From an uncultured Gammaproteobacteria bacterium (GTDB lineage: Bacteria; Patescibacteriota; Patescibacteriia; SBBC01; CAIJZX01), in assembly GCA_964397195.1 (NCBI GenBank), contig CAYNGY010000005.1:685-64684 (forward strand): a DNA stretch of 64,000 nucleotides. Reading direction: 5' to 3'. The notes under the pieces were generated by a model that ran no database searches, was not told the origin of the DNA, and worked only from the letters and a program-made list of their open reading frames with translations. Position numbers and translations under genes: made by a program. Positions 48,872 to 58,156 of the stretch are shown here, one piece after another. Each line of letters begins with the position of its first letter. Positions within the stretch are counted from its first letter, which is position 1.

Positions 48872-50130
48872 TACCTGTCGAGCTCGTCCTTCTCGCGGTT
48901 CAGGCGTACGCGACGGGCAAGCTATATATTCTTGAACTGTTTCATCCGTTTTTTCGGAGCGGTGGTGGGGCGCTGATACTGTTTTTGATACCGTTGCTGG
49001 CATTGGTGGCGTATTTTTTCTTACTCCAAATCGAGCGGCCGACAGCGGCGCGCTGGGGCTTTGTCGTTGTTTGTGTCGCGTCACTTCTTGTGACGGGAGT
49101 GCTCACACATCGTCAAATCTCGTATCGTTCCGGCGAGGCGCTTCCACTAACCGATAATGATGGGGCTGTACAGAGCCGGGCGGCGGCGACATTTTTGTTG
49201 CGTGGCCAAAATCCGTATACGGCCGACTATCGTCAAACAGACTTCCGTATTTTTCCGAGCCCGTCTGGTCGGGGCGTTGACAACCTCGCACTCGACCACT
49301 ACGCGTACCCGCCACTACAGTTTTTGCTGATGGTGCCGACGGTGTTCATTAATACCACATTTGATACACACTTCGACACACAGACGCTTTATCTCATTCT
49401 TTTCTTGATCTACTGTGTGGCCGTGGTAGCACTTGGAAATACCTGGTCGATGCGAACACGGCTTCTCTTGTTGACGCTCGGGAACCCGTGGTTTCTGCTG
49501 CTCGCGTTTGCCGGGTTCAATGACATCACGATGGTGGCGCTTCTGACCTTGGCCGCCGTCGCCGCGCATCGACGATGGTGGGTTGCGTCGAGCGTTTTGA
49601 TGGGCTGCGCCGTTGCCAGCAAACAAACGGCGTGGGTAAGTGCGCCGCTATGGGCGGCGTATGTCTGGTTTGCGCTGGGCGGCGCTTGGCGAGCATGGTG
49701 GAAACAGTTGGCGATTGCCGCAGGCACGGCGAGCGTGTTTTTTCTGCCGTTCTTTCTATGGAATCCCGGGGCGATGTTTGATGACATTGTGCGGTATGTT
49801 TCTGGAGCAATCCCGGGAAGTTACCCACTTTCTGGTAATACCATTCTTCAATATCTACGACCGCTCGGCCTCGTAGATTCACCATGGACGACTTTCTCGG
49901 CTTGGCCCTTTCAACTGTCGGTTGGAGCAACCATGGTGCTCTTCGCATATCGCGCCCTTCGTCGTCGCCCCCGCGCCTCGGTCTGGCTTGGGTGGTCGGC
50001 CATGACCATCTTAGCCATTACACTCGTCTCACGATTTGCTCCGGACAACTACTTTCTGGCCATCGCCGAGCTGATTGTCGCGGCCTATGGGCTCTCACTA
50101 ATTGAACGAGGGTCGCATGGTGAGACCTAG
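48868..50130 (+). CDS. GT87/DUF2029-like membrane glycosyltransferase
   Basis: DND, GQNPY, YAYPP, GFND and KQ motifs; ATGA coupling. Confidence 0.8.
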   Translation: MIPVELVLLAVQAYATGKLYILELFHPFFRSGGGALILFLIPLLALVAYFFLLQIERPTAARWGFVVVCVASLLVTGVLTHRQISYRSGEALPLTDNDGAVQSRAAATFLLRGQNPYTADYRQTDFRIFPSPSGRGVDNLALDHYAYPPLQFLLMVPTVFINTTFDTHFDTQTLYLILFLIYCVAVVALGNTWSMRTRLLLLTLGNPWFLLLAFAGFNDITMVALLTLAAVAAHRRWWVASSVLMGCAVASKQTAWVSAPLWAAYVWFALGGAWRAWWKQLAIAAGTASVFFLPFFLWNPGAMFDDIVRYVSGAIPGSYPLSGNTILQYLRPLGLVDSPWTTFSAWPFQLSVGATMVLFAYRALRRRPRASVWLGWSAMTILAITLVSRFAPDNYFLAIAELIVAAYGLSLIERGSHGET

Positions 50131-51688
50131 CATTCATCGGGCGGTATTCATCGTTGTGGCGATTGTTTTCTCGTTGATTCCGTTTGTGACCGGCCGTCTG
50201 ATGCAACCAGCGGGAACGTACTACTACGCCGCGTATAATCGAGCCCCTGGCGATACGTCTATTTACTACCGCTACATTGAACAAGGCCGAACCGGCGGCC
50301 CACTGATGCGAGACTTCTTTACCACCGATGCGCATCCGGCGATACTATGGCAGCCGGTGTGGTGGGCGGTTGGTCGGACCGCGGAGACATTTGGGATTTC
50401 TACTCCAAACGCTTTTGCCGGAGCCCGTGCCGTCGGGGCAGCTGTGTTAGCCGCTACTATGTGGTGGGCGGCTGGGCTCCTCTGGCGCGATCGACGCCGA
50501 GTGTGGTCGGTATGGGTAGGGTACTTTGGAGCTGGTGTGGGAGGATGGATGATCTTCCTATTTCGATCGTGGACGAATGCGTGGCATCTTCCGCCATACG
50601 ATCTTTGGGTTTCCGAGGCATATCCGTGGTTAAGCTCGCTCGCGAGTCCACATTTCCTGCTGGTTACTGCCGGGCTATTGGCCGTGATGATTGGGACCGA
50701 ACAGTGTCACTCTCGGCGATCTTCAATATGGTTGGGGGTTGTGCTCTTAATGCTCACGTCGATTCATCCATTCCATATACTGACTATTGGGCTGACATGG
50801 GCGGGCCTGACGATTGTAGAGGCGTTAACGGCCGCGCCAGAGTGGCGGTTGCGTCTGGTGCGTCGCATCAGCATTGGAGTGTGGGCGATACCGTCACTCG
50901 TCTACTACGCGCTCACGTGGTTCCAGCCGATCATGTTGGAGCGTGCAACGCAGAACATCAATTCGACGTTTATCTGGATCAGCCTGGTTGGTTTTGTACC
51001 ATTGATGATTGCCGCCTTGATGGCGTTTCGGTTCCGTCGAGACCGTTCGATTTACATTCTGGCAATGTGGGGCGCGGCGATTATGCTAGCCACAATCTTG
51101 CCGCTCGATTTTCAACGACGATTTGTACAACCCTTGGCCGTGCCGCTCGGCCTCTTGGGTGGGTTTCTTTTTTCGGTGTGGTGGTCGGCTGGGCGCCTGA
51201 AACGAGCGGCGGTGATCGCGCCGTGCCTCCTGATGGTGGCCAGTCCAATTGCCGGTATCGCCACAGCAATCCACACTATCCGTCTTGATAGCGTCTCCAC
51301 TAGTGCAAACTTTACCTATCTTCGGCCGGAGTATGTGCGGCTACTAGACGCGCTAAAAACACACCCCGAGTGGTCGCCGGTCCTCACCTCTCGAATCGAG
51401 GGAAACATATTAGGAGCCTTCGATCCGGTGCGAGTGTACCTTGGACACGGCGTTGAGACGACGCGCTTTAAAGAAAAATCCGATCAGATGAAACACTTCT
51501 TCACGGATTGGTCGTCGGGGCAACAGGCTTCATTTTTGCGGAGCACGGGAGTTTGTTCGGTCTTGGTGACGCCGTACACCCAAACCTACGGCACGGCATT
51601 TCCGGGTCGCGACGTGAGAATGGTGCCACTTTTTTCCGCTGGCGATCTCGTGTTGTATTCGGGTGGGTGCGAGGCTAGTGGCCGATAG
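50117..51688 (+). CDS. GT-C-like polytopic membrane protein
   Basis: GD..IY loop, many TM, C-terminal VYLGHGVET domain. Confidence 0.7.
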   Translation: MVRPSIHRAVFIVVAIVFSLIPFVTGRLMQPAGTYYYAAYNRAPGDTSIYYRYIEQGRTGGPLMRDFFTTDAHPAILWQPVWWAVGRTAETFGISTPNAFAGARAVGAAVLAATMWWAAGLLWRDRRRVWSVWVGYFGAGVGGWMIFLFRSWTNAWHLPPYDLWVSEAYPWLSSLASPHFLLVTAGLLAVMIGTEQCHSRRSSIWLGVVLLMLTSIHPFHILTIGLTWAGLTIVEALTAAPEWRLRLVRRISIGVWAIPSLVYYALTWFQPIMLERATQNINSTFIWISLVGFVPLMIAALMAFRFRRDRSIYILAMWGAAIMLATILPLDFQRRFVQPLAVPLGLLGGFLFSVWWSAGRLKRAAVIAPCLLMVASPIAGIATAIHTIRLDSVSTSANFTYLRPEYVRLLDALKTHPEWSPVLTSRIEGNILGAFDPVRVYLGHGVETTRFKEKSDQMKHFFTDWSSGQQASFLRSTGVCSVLVTPYTQTYGTAFPGRDVRMVPLFSAGDLVLYSGGCEASGR

Positions 51689-53558
51689 TGGTGGATCCTG
51701 ATTCGAAGATGGTCACGCGGGCTGTGACGGGCGTAAACGTGCGCCATCGATCGAGGCGAAAAGCGCCGTTCATGCTGCCCCAGCTGTAGTCTAGTGTGGT
51801 AACAGATTGACCCGAAAGAACGGGGAGGCGGTAGGTGGTGATCCACTCATGCCTTTCGTCCCAACTCGACATTGGCCACCCGCCTTCGCCAATGATGCGG
51901 GTTGTCTCTTGGGATACGCCACCGGGCGTTTTTTGCCGGAGCCGAATGGACATCGGTTCGGTCGGTCTCTTGCCACCGCTCCACCAAATCTTGACCATGA
52001 GCTGGGTCGTTGTCTGCCACGCCTCAACGCGAGTGATTGTAGTTGCGGTGGCGGTTGATGGTTTGCCAATCACCACAAAATCTTCCGGCAGGTTCCCATC
52101 GCGTCGATAAACCGCAACCGAGTCTTGAAGATATGCGAGCCGTAATCCTTGGCTCTCTAGCAGGGTCCGAATCCGTTGCTCGCCAGTTTGACCGAGGAAC
52201 AGCGTGTCACGGTAGAAATATTGAAACTCGTAAAATTGTTTCCAATCGATAACCACCGCATCGAGGTCGCTTGGTACCTTATACGGAGCCTCAGTGTATT
52301 GCCGCTTCCCGAGGTAGACGTAGTTCAGGGAATAGATTGCCGGTCGATTCGATAGGCTTGGGAGTGTCGAAAACGTGGTGGCGACCCGGTCGGTTGGTCT
52401 AATGACCGCGAGCGCGCCTCGAAGCGCCGCCGAGCGCGTACGGTCGGCGTCACGTCTGGGTTGCCATGGTTGTTCTATTGGACCAAACGCTAGATGGAAG
52501 TACAGCGGACTGACTACTGCCAGAATAATGAGCAGTGCGCCAGAAATCTCCCGGGGCACGCGGTGTCCAAGTGAGAATGCCTGACGTTGCTCGAGCGCAG
52601 ATATGGCGGCCCAGGCGAGAAACGGAATAAACGGCACGACGTAGTGAAGGTGGAGAATGGAGACGGGCGACGAGCCAATTAAGAGCAGCTGGGCAAAGGA
52701 AAGCGCGGCTGGAATTAATTTCCGCATCTGGAGAAATGGCAGTAGTCCGAAGGCGGCCATTAATCCGAAGAACGTTCCCCAATTGTTTATGGCGAAAACA
52801 TGTTGGAGGAAGAGCATAGGATGGCGAAAGGGGAAGGTGGCCATATCGATCGGCCGTGAACCGAGCCAGGCGATGAAGCCGACAAACTTATAGTCACCGA
52901 GTGCGTTGGCATTGGCGATGAGCAGATGCGAAATAACAAACCAGACGAGCCCGAAGCCGCCGATACCCGCCCACCACTTGCGGGGAACGCGATCAAGCGC
53001 AGCTAGTGCGCCCCAGCTGATGGCAATGAGCGGAAGATCCTCGCGGACGAGGCACGTTACCCCCAGAAGTATGGCCCAGGTGGCCCAGCGTTGTTGCTGA
53101 TAGGCCAAGATGGCCGCTAGGAGGAGCGGCAGGGCTAGGGTAAGCGCGTGAAACTCGTACATGGCCACGTTGTAGATGAACGGGTGCGCGAGCCATATCC
53201 CGGCCGCAGTAACGCCGGCCCAGGCACCCAGTCGTCTTTGGGCGATACGGTAGATACACCATCCGCTCGCCGCAATGGCGAGGGTTTGCATCCAAAGTAA
53301 GAGCAGTGGCGACGACCAGAGACGGTATAGCGCCCCAATGGGTATTAAGATGAGCTCATAATGGTCGCCAAGGTAGCTTGGGTCGTGGATGGAGTTGGCA
53401 AATCCGTGTCCATGGGCAAGCGACCAGACGGTTTGCGTGTATATGCCAAGATCAAGACCGTTGTAGCCAAACGATTGATACTTTTTCCACTGCAGGCCGG
53501 CGATTCCGACCGTAAAGATGGTGAGACAGATAGCGAGGACAATACCTGAACGGCGCAT
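51675..53558 (-). CDS. DUF2079 family membrane protein (GT-C-like)
   Basis: DLGIYTQ, LGDH, EFH and REDL motifs. Confidence 0.85.
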   Translation of the reverse strand: MRRSGIVLAICLTIFTVGIAGLQWKKYQSFGYNGLDLGIYTQTVWSLAHGHGFANSIHDPSYLGDHYELILIPIGALYRLWSSPLLLLWMQTLAIAASGWCIYRIAQRRLGAWAGVTAAGIWLAHPFIYNVAMYEFHALTLALPLLLAAILAYQQQRWATWAILLGVTCLVREDLPLIAISWGALAALDRVPRKWWAGIGGFGLVWFVISHLLIANANALGDYKFVGFIAWLGSRPIDMATFPFRHPMLFLQHVFAINNWGTFFGLMAAFGLLPFLQMRKLIPAALSFAQLLLIGSSPVSILHLHYVVPFIPFLAWAAISALEQRQAFSLGHRVPREISGALLIILAVVSPLYFHLAFGPIEQPWQPRRDADRTRSAALRGALAVIRPTDRVATTFSTLPSLSNRPAIYSLNYVYLGKRQYTEAPYKVPSDLDAVVIDWKQFYEFQYFYRDTLFLGQTGEQRIRTLLESQGLRLAYLQDSVAVYRRDGNLPEDFVVIGKPSTATATTITRVEAWQTTTQLMVKIWWSGGKRPTEPMSIRLRQKTPGGVSQETTRIIGEGGWPMSSWDERHEWITTYRLPVLSGQSVTTLDYSWGSMNGAFRLDRWRTFTPVTARVTIFESGSTTIGH

Positions 53559-53596
53559 AGTCCGTATAGTATACCCTGAAATACCCCCATAAACGA

Positions 53597-53621
53597 CTAC
53601 CGCCCCCGGTGGGGGGCGGTA
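53597..53621 (-). terminator. terminator of the pilin array
   Basis: CTACCGCCCC-CGGTG-GGGGCGGTAG. Confidence 0.65.
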
Positions 53622-53638
53622 GTGTAGAAGAGTTGAAG

Positions 53639-54025
53639 TTAGGCCTCGGTAGTCGTGTTTGTCACATTCGACGTGGTTCGAGCCACGAAGATGACGACGG
53701 CCCACGAAAGGAGGACGATGATCAAGCCGATGACGGCCGCAGAAATTACTTTCTTGGCGCGCTCAACTTTTTCTTCATTTCCGGCAGCGGTCAACCAGAT
53801 GAATCCGCCGAAGATGATCATGATAACCGCAACGAGGGTCAGTAATCCGAGCACCAAGTTCAGTGTGTTGAGAACGGCTTTCTTCAGATCGGTATCCTTT
53901 AAACCAGTTTTTGTCTGGAGGGATTCGATGCTGAACGGCGTGGCGTCTTGAGCCATGACTGCGACTGGAGTCGCGATGGCCATGACGGCGCCGGCGATCA
54001 ATGCGAGTTTTGCAAATTTTTTCAT
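53639..54025 (-). CDS. TrbC/VirB2-type (T4SS_pilin-like) pilin 1
   Basis: Signal peptide ending VMA-QDATPF, two TM joined by GFIWLTAAGNEEKVERAKK; SD AAAGGGGGTG. Confidence 0.88.
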   Translation of the reverse strand: MKKFAKLALIAGAVMAIATPVAVMAQDATPFSIESLQTKTGLKDTDLKKAVLNTLNLVLGLLTLVAVIMIIFGGFIWLTAAGNEEKVERAKKVISAAVIGLIIVLLSWAVVIFVARTTSNVTNTTTEA

Positions 54026-54071
54026 TTGAGTCTTTGTCACCCCCTTTCAGGTTTCAACACCGCCGAGGGCA

Positions 54072-54473
54072 TTAGCCCTCGGTTCCAGGTGTGTTTGTTA
54101 CGTTGGCTGCGGTGCGGGCCACGAAGATCACGATTGCCCATGCGAGCAAGATGATAATCAGACCGACGACAGCGGCGGAGATAATCTTCTTCGCCTTTTC
54201 GACGTTCTCTTCATTACCGGCGGCTGTGAGCCAGATAAACCCGGCGTAGATGATCAGCACAACGGCGATCAAGGTCATGAGCCCGAGGACGAGCTGAATG
54301 ACGTTTAAGACCGTCTGCTTGAGATCGGTATTCTTTAAGCCGACCTTGGTGCCGATCGATTCAATGCTGAACGGCGTTGCGTCTTGGGCCTGAGCGGCCA
54401 AAGGCAACGCAACGGCCATCACTGAGCCGGCAGCCAGGGCGACTTTTGCAAATCGCGCCAATTTCATAGGCAT
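54072..54473 (-). CDS. TrbC/VirB2-type pilin 2
   Basis: AQA-QDATPF; GFIWLTAAGNEENVEKAKK; own TATAAT promoter at 54545-54550. Confidence 0.88.
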   Translation of the reverse strand: MPMKLARFAKVALAAGSVMAVALPLAAQAQDATPFSIESIGTKVGLKNTDLKQTVLNVIQLVLGLMTLIAVVLIIYAGFIWLTAAGNEENVEKAKKIISAAVVGLIIILLAWAIVIFVARTAANVTNTPGTEG

Positions 54474-54611
54474 GATGCGTTTATTTAGTAAATTTTCTGT
54501 TGTTGCGGCATTGTTGATAAGTCCGCGAACCCCAGAGAAGTTTGATTATACCACAAATCGATATCTGGTGCGAATAGGCGAGTGTTTTTTATTTGTCCTC
54601 TTCCCCGATCG

Positions 54612-55004
54612 TTACCCGGTCGTCGTTTTTGTGACGTTCGAGGCGGTACTCGCAACGTACGCCACGATGGCCCAAGCTAAAATAATCACAATCATGCCAA
54701 TAACGGTGGCGGAGATGATACTTTTGGCTTTTTCAACATTCTTTTCATTCCCGGCGGCGGTGAGCCAGATGAACCCGGCGTAAATCATGAAGACCACCGC
54801 CAAGAGTGTCATGAACCCCAGTACAAATTGAATGGTTTTGATCGACGTTGACCGTAAATCTCCGCCGCCGAGGCCGGTCACGCTTCCTACATCCATGAGG
54901 CTGAACGGCGTTGTCTCCTCTTGCGCGGCGGCGGCCCATGGGAAGAACAACGATGCGACGATGAGCGAGATGATGATGTTCTTTCCGGAGGCGAGGTTGC
55001 GCAT
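54612..55004 (-). CDS. TrbC/VirB2-type pilin 3
   Basis: AAA-QEETTPF; GFIWLTAAGNEKNVEKAK. Confidence 0.88.
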   Translation of the reverse strand: MRNLASGKNIIISLIVASLFFPWAAAAQEETTPFSLMDVGSVTGLGGGDLRSTSIKTIQFVLGFMTLLAVVFMIYAGFIWLTAAGNEKNVEKAKSIISATVIGMIVIILAWAIVAYVASTASNVTKTTTG

Positions 55005-55022
55005 AGACTTCGGGTTAGGCCG

Positions 55023-55391
55023 TTATTTCGCGGCGGTAGTTAGGAAGCTCGTGAAGACGAATTTGATTACGGCCCAACTGATGAGAATGACAACGATCCC
55101 GATGGCGGCCCAGACCAGCGTATCTTTTGCCTGTTTTATTTGTTTTTCATTACCGCCCGAGGTGAGCATCATCAGACCACCCCAGATAAACATGAGCGTG
55201 GCAATGATAGCAATAACGCCGAGAATGGATTTAACGACACGTGAGATGAGGCAGGTTGCGTCATTGCAGCTACCAATTGGGTTTGGGATGGAAATACTCG
55301 TTTTAGCGGTTTGCGCGTGGACCACGCCGGGCTGTCCCGCGACGGATAATGAGAGACAGATGAGGCCGGCGGCGATAAGAGAGCGAATCAT
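55023..55391 (-). CDS. TrbC/VirB2-type pilin 4
   Basis: IPNPIG, GGLMMLTSGGNEKQIKQAK. Confidence 0.85.
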   Translation of the reverse strand: MIRSLIAAGLICLSLSVAGQPGVVHAQTAKTSISIPNPIGSCNDATCLISRVVKSILGVIAIIATLMFIWGGLMMLTSGGNEKQIKQAKDTLVWAAIGIVVILISWAVIKFVFTSFLTTAAK

Positions 55392-55401
55392 AAATGGCGA
55401 G

Positions 55402-56778
55402 TTAACGTAAGGTGGTCAAAGGAAGTCGGCGGCACTGGCTACCAATGGCGCTCGAGCAGCGGACTTGGCATGTACCCGCTTGGAAGCTCAGCGAGTTGCC
55501 GCCGGAATCTTGAGCGAGATTGTTGCACCAATAGCTCGAAACATACTCAAAACAGTTATGGTCAGCGCCCTGGGGGTACAGATCTTTTGATTGGCAGAAC
55601 CCACAGCGATTGTTGGTGTCACCGCCGTTGCAAGACTTGCCAGGGAGAAAATCATTCGCCCCGCTTTTATTTAGCGCCAAACAGGTCTTGGCGCTGACAT
55701 CAGGGGTGCAGTAGAGATCGTTTTCGCCGCTGTTGATAATACAGCAGCCCGGGTCAGTACTTGAAAACTTTTCTTCGAGCGGCCCAACCAGAGAGGATAC
55801 ATCTTGAGCCTGAGGCATGAAGCTTACGGTTGTGCCGATATCGGCACCAGTACATGCCGTGGGTGTTAATGGTCCGGGCATGAACAAGGTCGCGGCCGTG
55901 GCGGCGTCAACCTCGCCAGACGGGGAGAGATTGTTAGCCAGCTGAAAGGCTCGAACGCCATTCAGTGTTTGTGGTCCATAGCACGCATCGACCGTGTTGA
56001 GACAGCCGAGTTCTTTGAGCTTCTTTTGAATCTTCGCGACATCACCATTTAGGTCACTACCGGTGTCGGCACAATAGATGTGATTACTACAGCCCTTATC
56101 GTAGGTGTCGTTGTTTGAACTTCGACAGTTTGTGCGGTTCTCGGCCCCGCTATTGTCGCCGCTAAACGGTTTTTGCTCGGCTAGACCAGGGAACAAGAGC
56201 GCGATCGGGCCGGCCCAGATCTCCTTTGCCTTACTTGTTGTTCCGGTCAGGGCCATGACTGTAAAATTGACGATCACGTAGGCAGAGAAACTGATAATGA
56301 TGCCGGTTATGGTGCCAGCGATAATTTTCTTTCCGGACTCGACTTTCTCGCCTCGGCCCCCAGCGGTGAGAAATTGGAACCCGGCCCAAATAAACATCAG
56401 TACCGAAAGCACGGCGAGGATGCTGAGCCCCCATTGAGACAGTTTTACGAATTGTGAAACCGCATCGGCGATTTGGAACAGGCCGGTCGTTTCGCGAGAA
56501 TAATTGGACGTGCCCGAAGCCGTAGTCACGACGCCGCTCAGGATACAGGTCTTGCCGCCGCCGTAGGTACAGAGCGTGTCCTGACGATCCCGACACTGGA
56601 TAGTCAGCCCCGACCATTCACAGGTGTGGCCGCTGTCTTGAAGAATCCACTCAGTTGAGTCGCAGACAATACTGTCCGCCCCCTGGACGTCATTGCACAA
56701 TTCGACAGCGTGAGCCGGGGCGGCAAACAAGAGTAGTCCAGCAATACCGGCAATGAGAGAAATCCGTAGTCGGATCAT
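55402..56778 (-). CDS. extended pilin with Cys-rich domains and a peptidoglycan-binding domain
   Basis: Signal peptide; pilin core AGFQFLTAGGRGEKVESGK; PG_binding_1-like IQKKLKELG...YGPQT..GVRAFQ..NNL. Confidence 0.8.
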   Translation of the reverse strand: MIRLRISLIAGIAGLLLFAAPAHAVELCNDVQGADSIVCDSTEWILQDSGHTCEWSGLTIQCRDRQDTLCTYGGGKTCILSGVVTTASGTSNYSRETTGLFQIADAVSQFVKLSQWGLSILAVLSVLMFIWAGFQFLTAGGRGEKVESGKKIIAGTITGIIISFSAYVIVNFTVMALTGTTSKAKEIWAGPIALLFPGLAEQKPFSGDNSGAENRTNCRSSNNDTYDKGCSNHIYCADTGSDLNGDVAKIQKKLKELGCLNTVDACYGPQTLNGVRAFQLANNLSPSGEVDAATAATLFMPGPLTPTACTGADIGTTVSFMPQAQDVSSLVGPLEEKFSSTDPGCCIINSGENDLYCTPDVSAKTCLALNKSGANDFLPGKSCNGGDTNNRCGFCQSKDLYPQGADHNCFEYVSSYWCNNLAQDSGGNSLSFQAGTCQVRCSSAIGSQCRRLPLTTLR

Positions 56779-58151
56779 AGGGTCGTCTCCACTTGCTTGG
56801 CGGCGAGATTCAGCGCCGATTCGGGGGTCTCGCCGTCGACCGTGATGGCGTTGATCATATTGGTGATATACGTTTCGGCTTTCACGCCGTCACCTCCGCG
56901 GTACCAGTTTCGGGCGGTCAGGAGTTGTTCAGCATAGACGGACTTCGTGGCTTCAGTTTTCTGCTTGGCTAGGACCGACTTCAGGGCGGAGAGGCGGTCG
57001 GTTGTTTTGAGGTAGGCGGGAACATTCTCGGAGTTGGCGAGGAAGCGCAGGAAGGACCAAGCGGCGACAGACCGTTTCGCTGTTTGGGCGGCTTTCGAGA
57101 CCATGCCGACATTGTAGATGGCGGCGTTAATAAATCGGATGTTTCCGGTGACGCCGTCGCGATCACCTTGTGTGTCTAGGTGCAGCATCGGGGATGTGGT
57201 CCAGTTCAGCCCGCTGGCGGCAATGGATGCCCGATCCGCATAGGTCCCGAAGAAGTAGGCAATCTTGCCCTTTTTGAACGCATCAAGTGCGTTTTGCTGA
57301 TCGGCATTCCAGCTGTAGGTGGCCTTTTTTGGGGATGAAAAGCTCGTGTAGAACTTAATGGCGACGAGGCCGGCGGCGTCGTTGAAGAGCGCCTTCTTAG
57401 CGGACGTGTTGATCATTTTTGAACCATTCTGCATCATCAACAGTGTCACGAGCTCGTTGGCGTGGGGGATGTTTGTGCTAGTGCCAAGGGCGGCGCCGGA
57501 TTGGACGATGGCGGCGCTGTCATTCTGGACTGAGAGACCCTTTTGTTCGATCTGAGTAGTGAGCTCCGTCCATGTTTTTGCTGGCTCGAAGACCCCGGCA
57601 TTATTTAAGAGATCCTTGTTTACATAGGTGACGAGCGTGTCCATGGAGAGCGGGAGCCCCCAAATTTGGGTACCAGAAAGGACATCGTCTGACACGGCAT
57701 CGACGTACCACTCTTTCATTTGACTCACCGTTGGCGCCTTGACCAGCGGTTTGGTGATGGTGGTTTGGGGTCCGAAGATGCCCTTGGTGGTAGCAACAAC
57801 GGAAACACTCAAGTCGGCTGGCATCGGAATCGCGTACGGTTGCATAGCTCCGATCCAAGAGCTGGGAACAAAAAAGATGTCCGGCCCTTTTCCTTGGGCC
57901 CAGCCTTCGAGGAGCCGGGTCGCGTAGTCTTCGCGGCGAATTTTAGTGACCTTAATGGTGACGTAGGAATGTGTTTCGCGGTAGGTCTTGATAGCGGCGT
58001 TGAACGTATTAACGTCATCGTCGGTGACCCACATCGTCAACGAGGCGCGGGTAACCGTTTTTGGTTTATTACCGATCACCCCAGTTAAGAGGAGGACGAT
58101 AATCGTCAACGGGATGAGGAGAATACCGACGATAATGAACAGACGCTTCAT
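56775..58151 (-). CDS. membrane-anchored sugar-type extracellular solute-binding protein
   Basis: GKGPDIF, GLPLSMDTL..YVNKDLL, PAKTWTEL, AFKKGK. Confidence 0.85.
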   Translation of the reverse strand: MKRLFIIVGILLIPLTIIVLLLTGVIGNKPKTVTRASLTMWVTDDDVNTFNAAIKTYRETHSYVTIKVTKIRREDYATRLLEGWAQGKGPDIFFVPSSWIGAMQPYAIPMPADLSVSVVATTKGIFGPQTTITKPLVKAPTVSQMKEWYVDAVSDDVLSGTQIWGLPLSMDTLVTYVNKDLLNNAGVFEPAKTWTELTTQIEQKGLSVQNDSAAIVQSGAALGTSTNIPHANELVTLLMMQNGSKMINTSAKKALFNDAAGLVAIKFYTSFSSPKKATYSWNADQQNALDAFKKGKIAYFFGTYADRASIAASGLNWTTSPMLHLDTQGDRDGVTGNIRFINAAIYNVGMVSKAAQTAKRSVAAWSFLRFLANSENVPAYLKTTDRLSALKSVLAKQKTEATKSVYAEQLLTARNWYRGGDGVKAETYITNMINAITVDGETPESALNLAAKQVETTL

Positions 58152-58156
58152 ACGGG

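Noticed and set aside
50347-51288. 313-aa alternative-frame ORF inside the 50117 gene
   Set aside because: No motifs, and composition typical of an off-frame read of a GC-rich membrane-protein gene
53639-55004. Pilin copies as gene-conversion or antigenic-variation cassettes
   Set aside because: All copies are intact and the conserved core differs at many synonymous positions, which fits old paralogs under purifying selection
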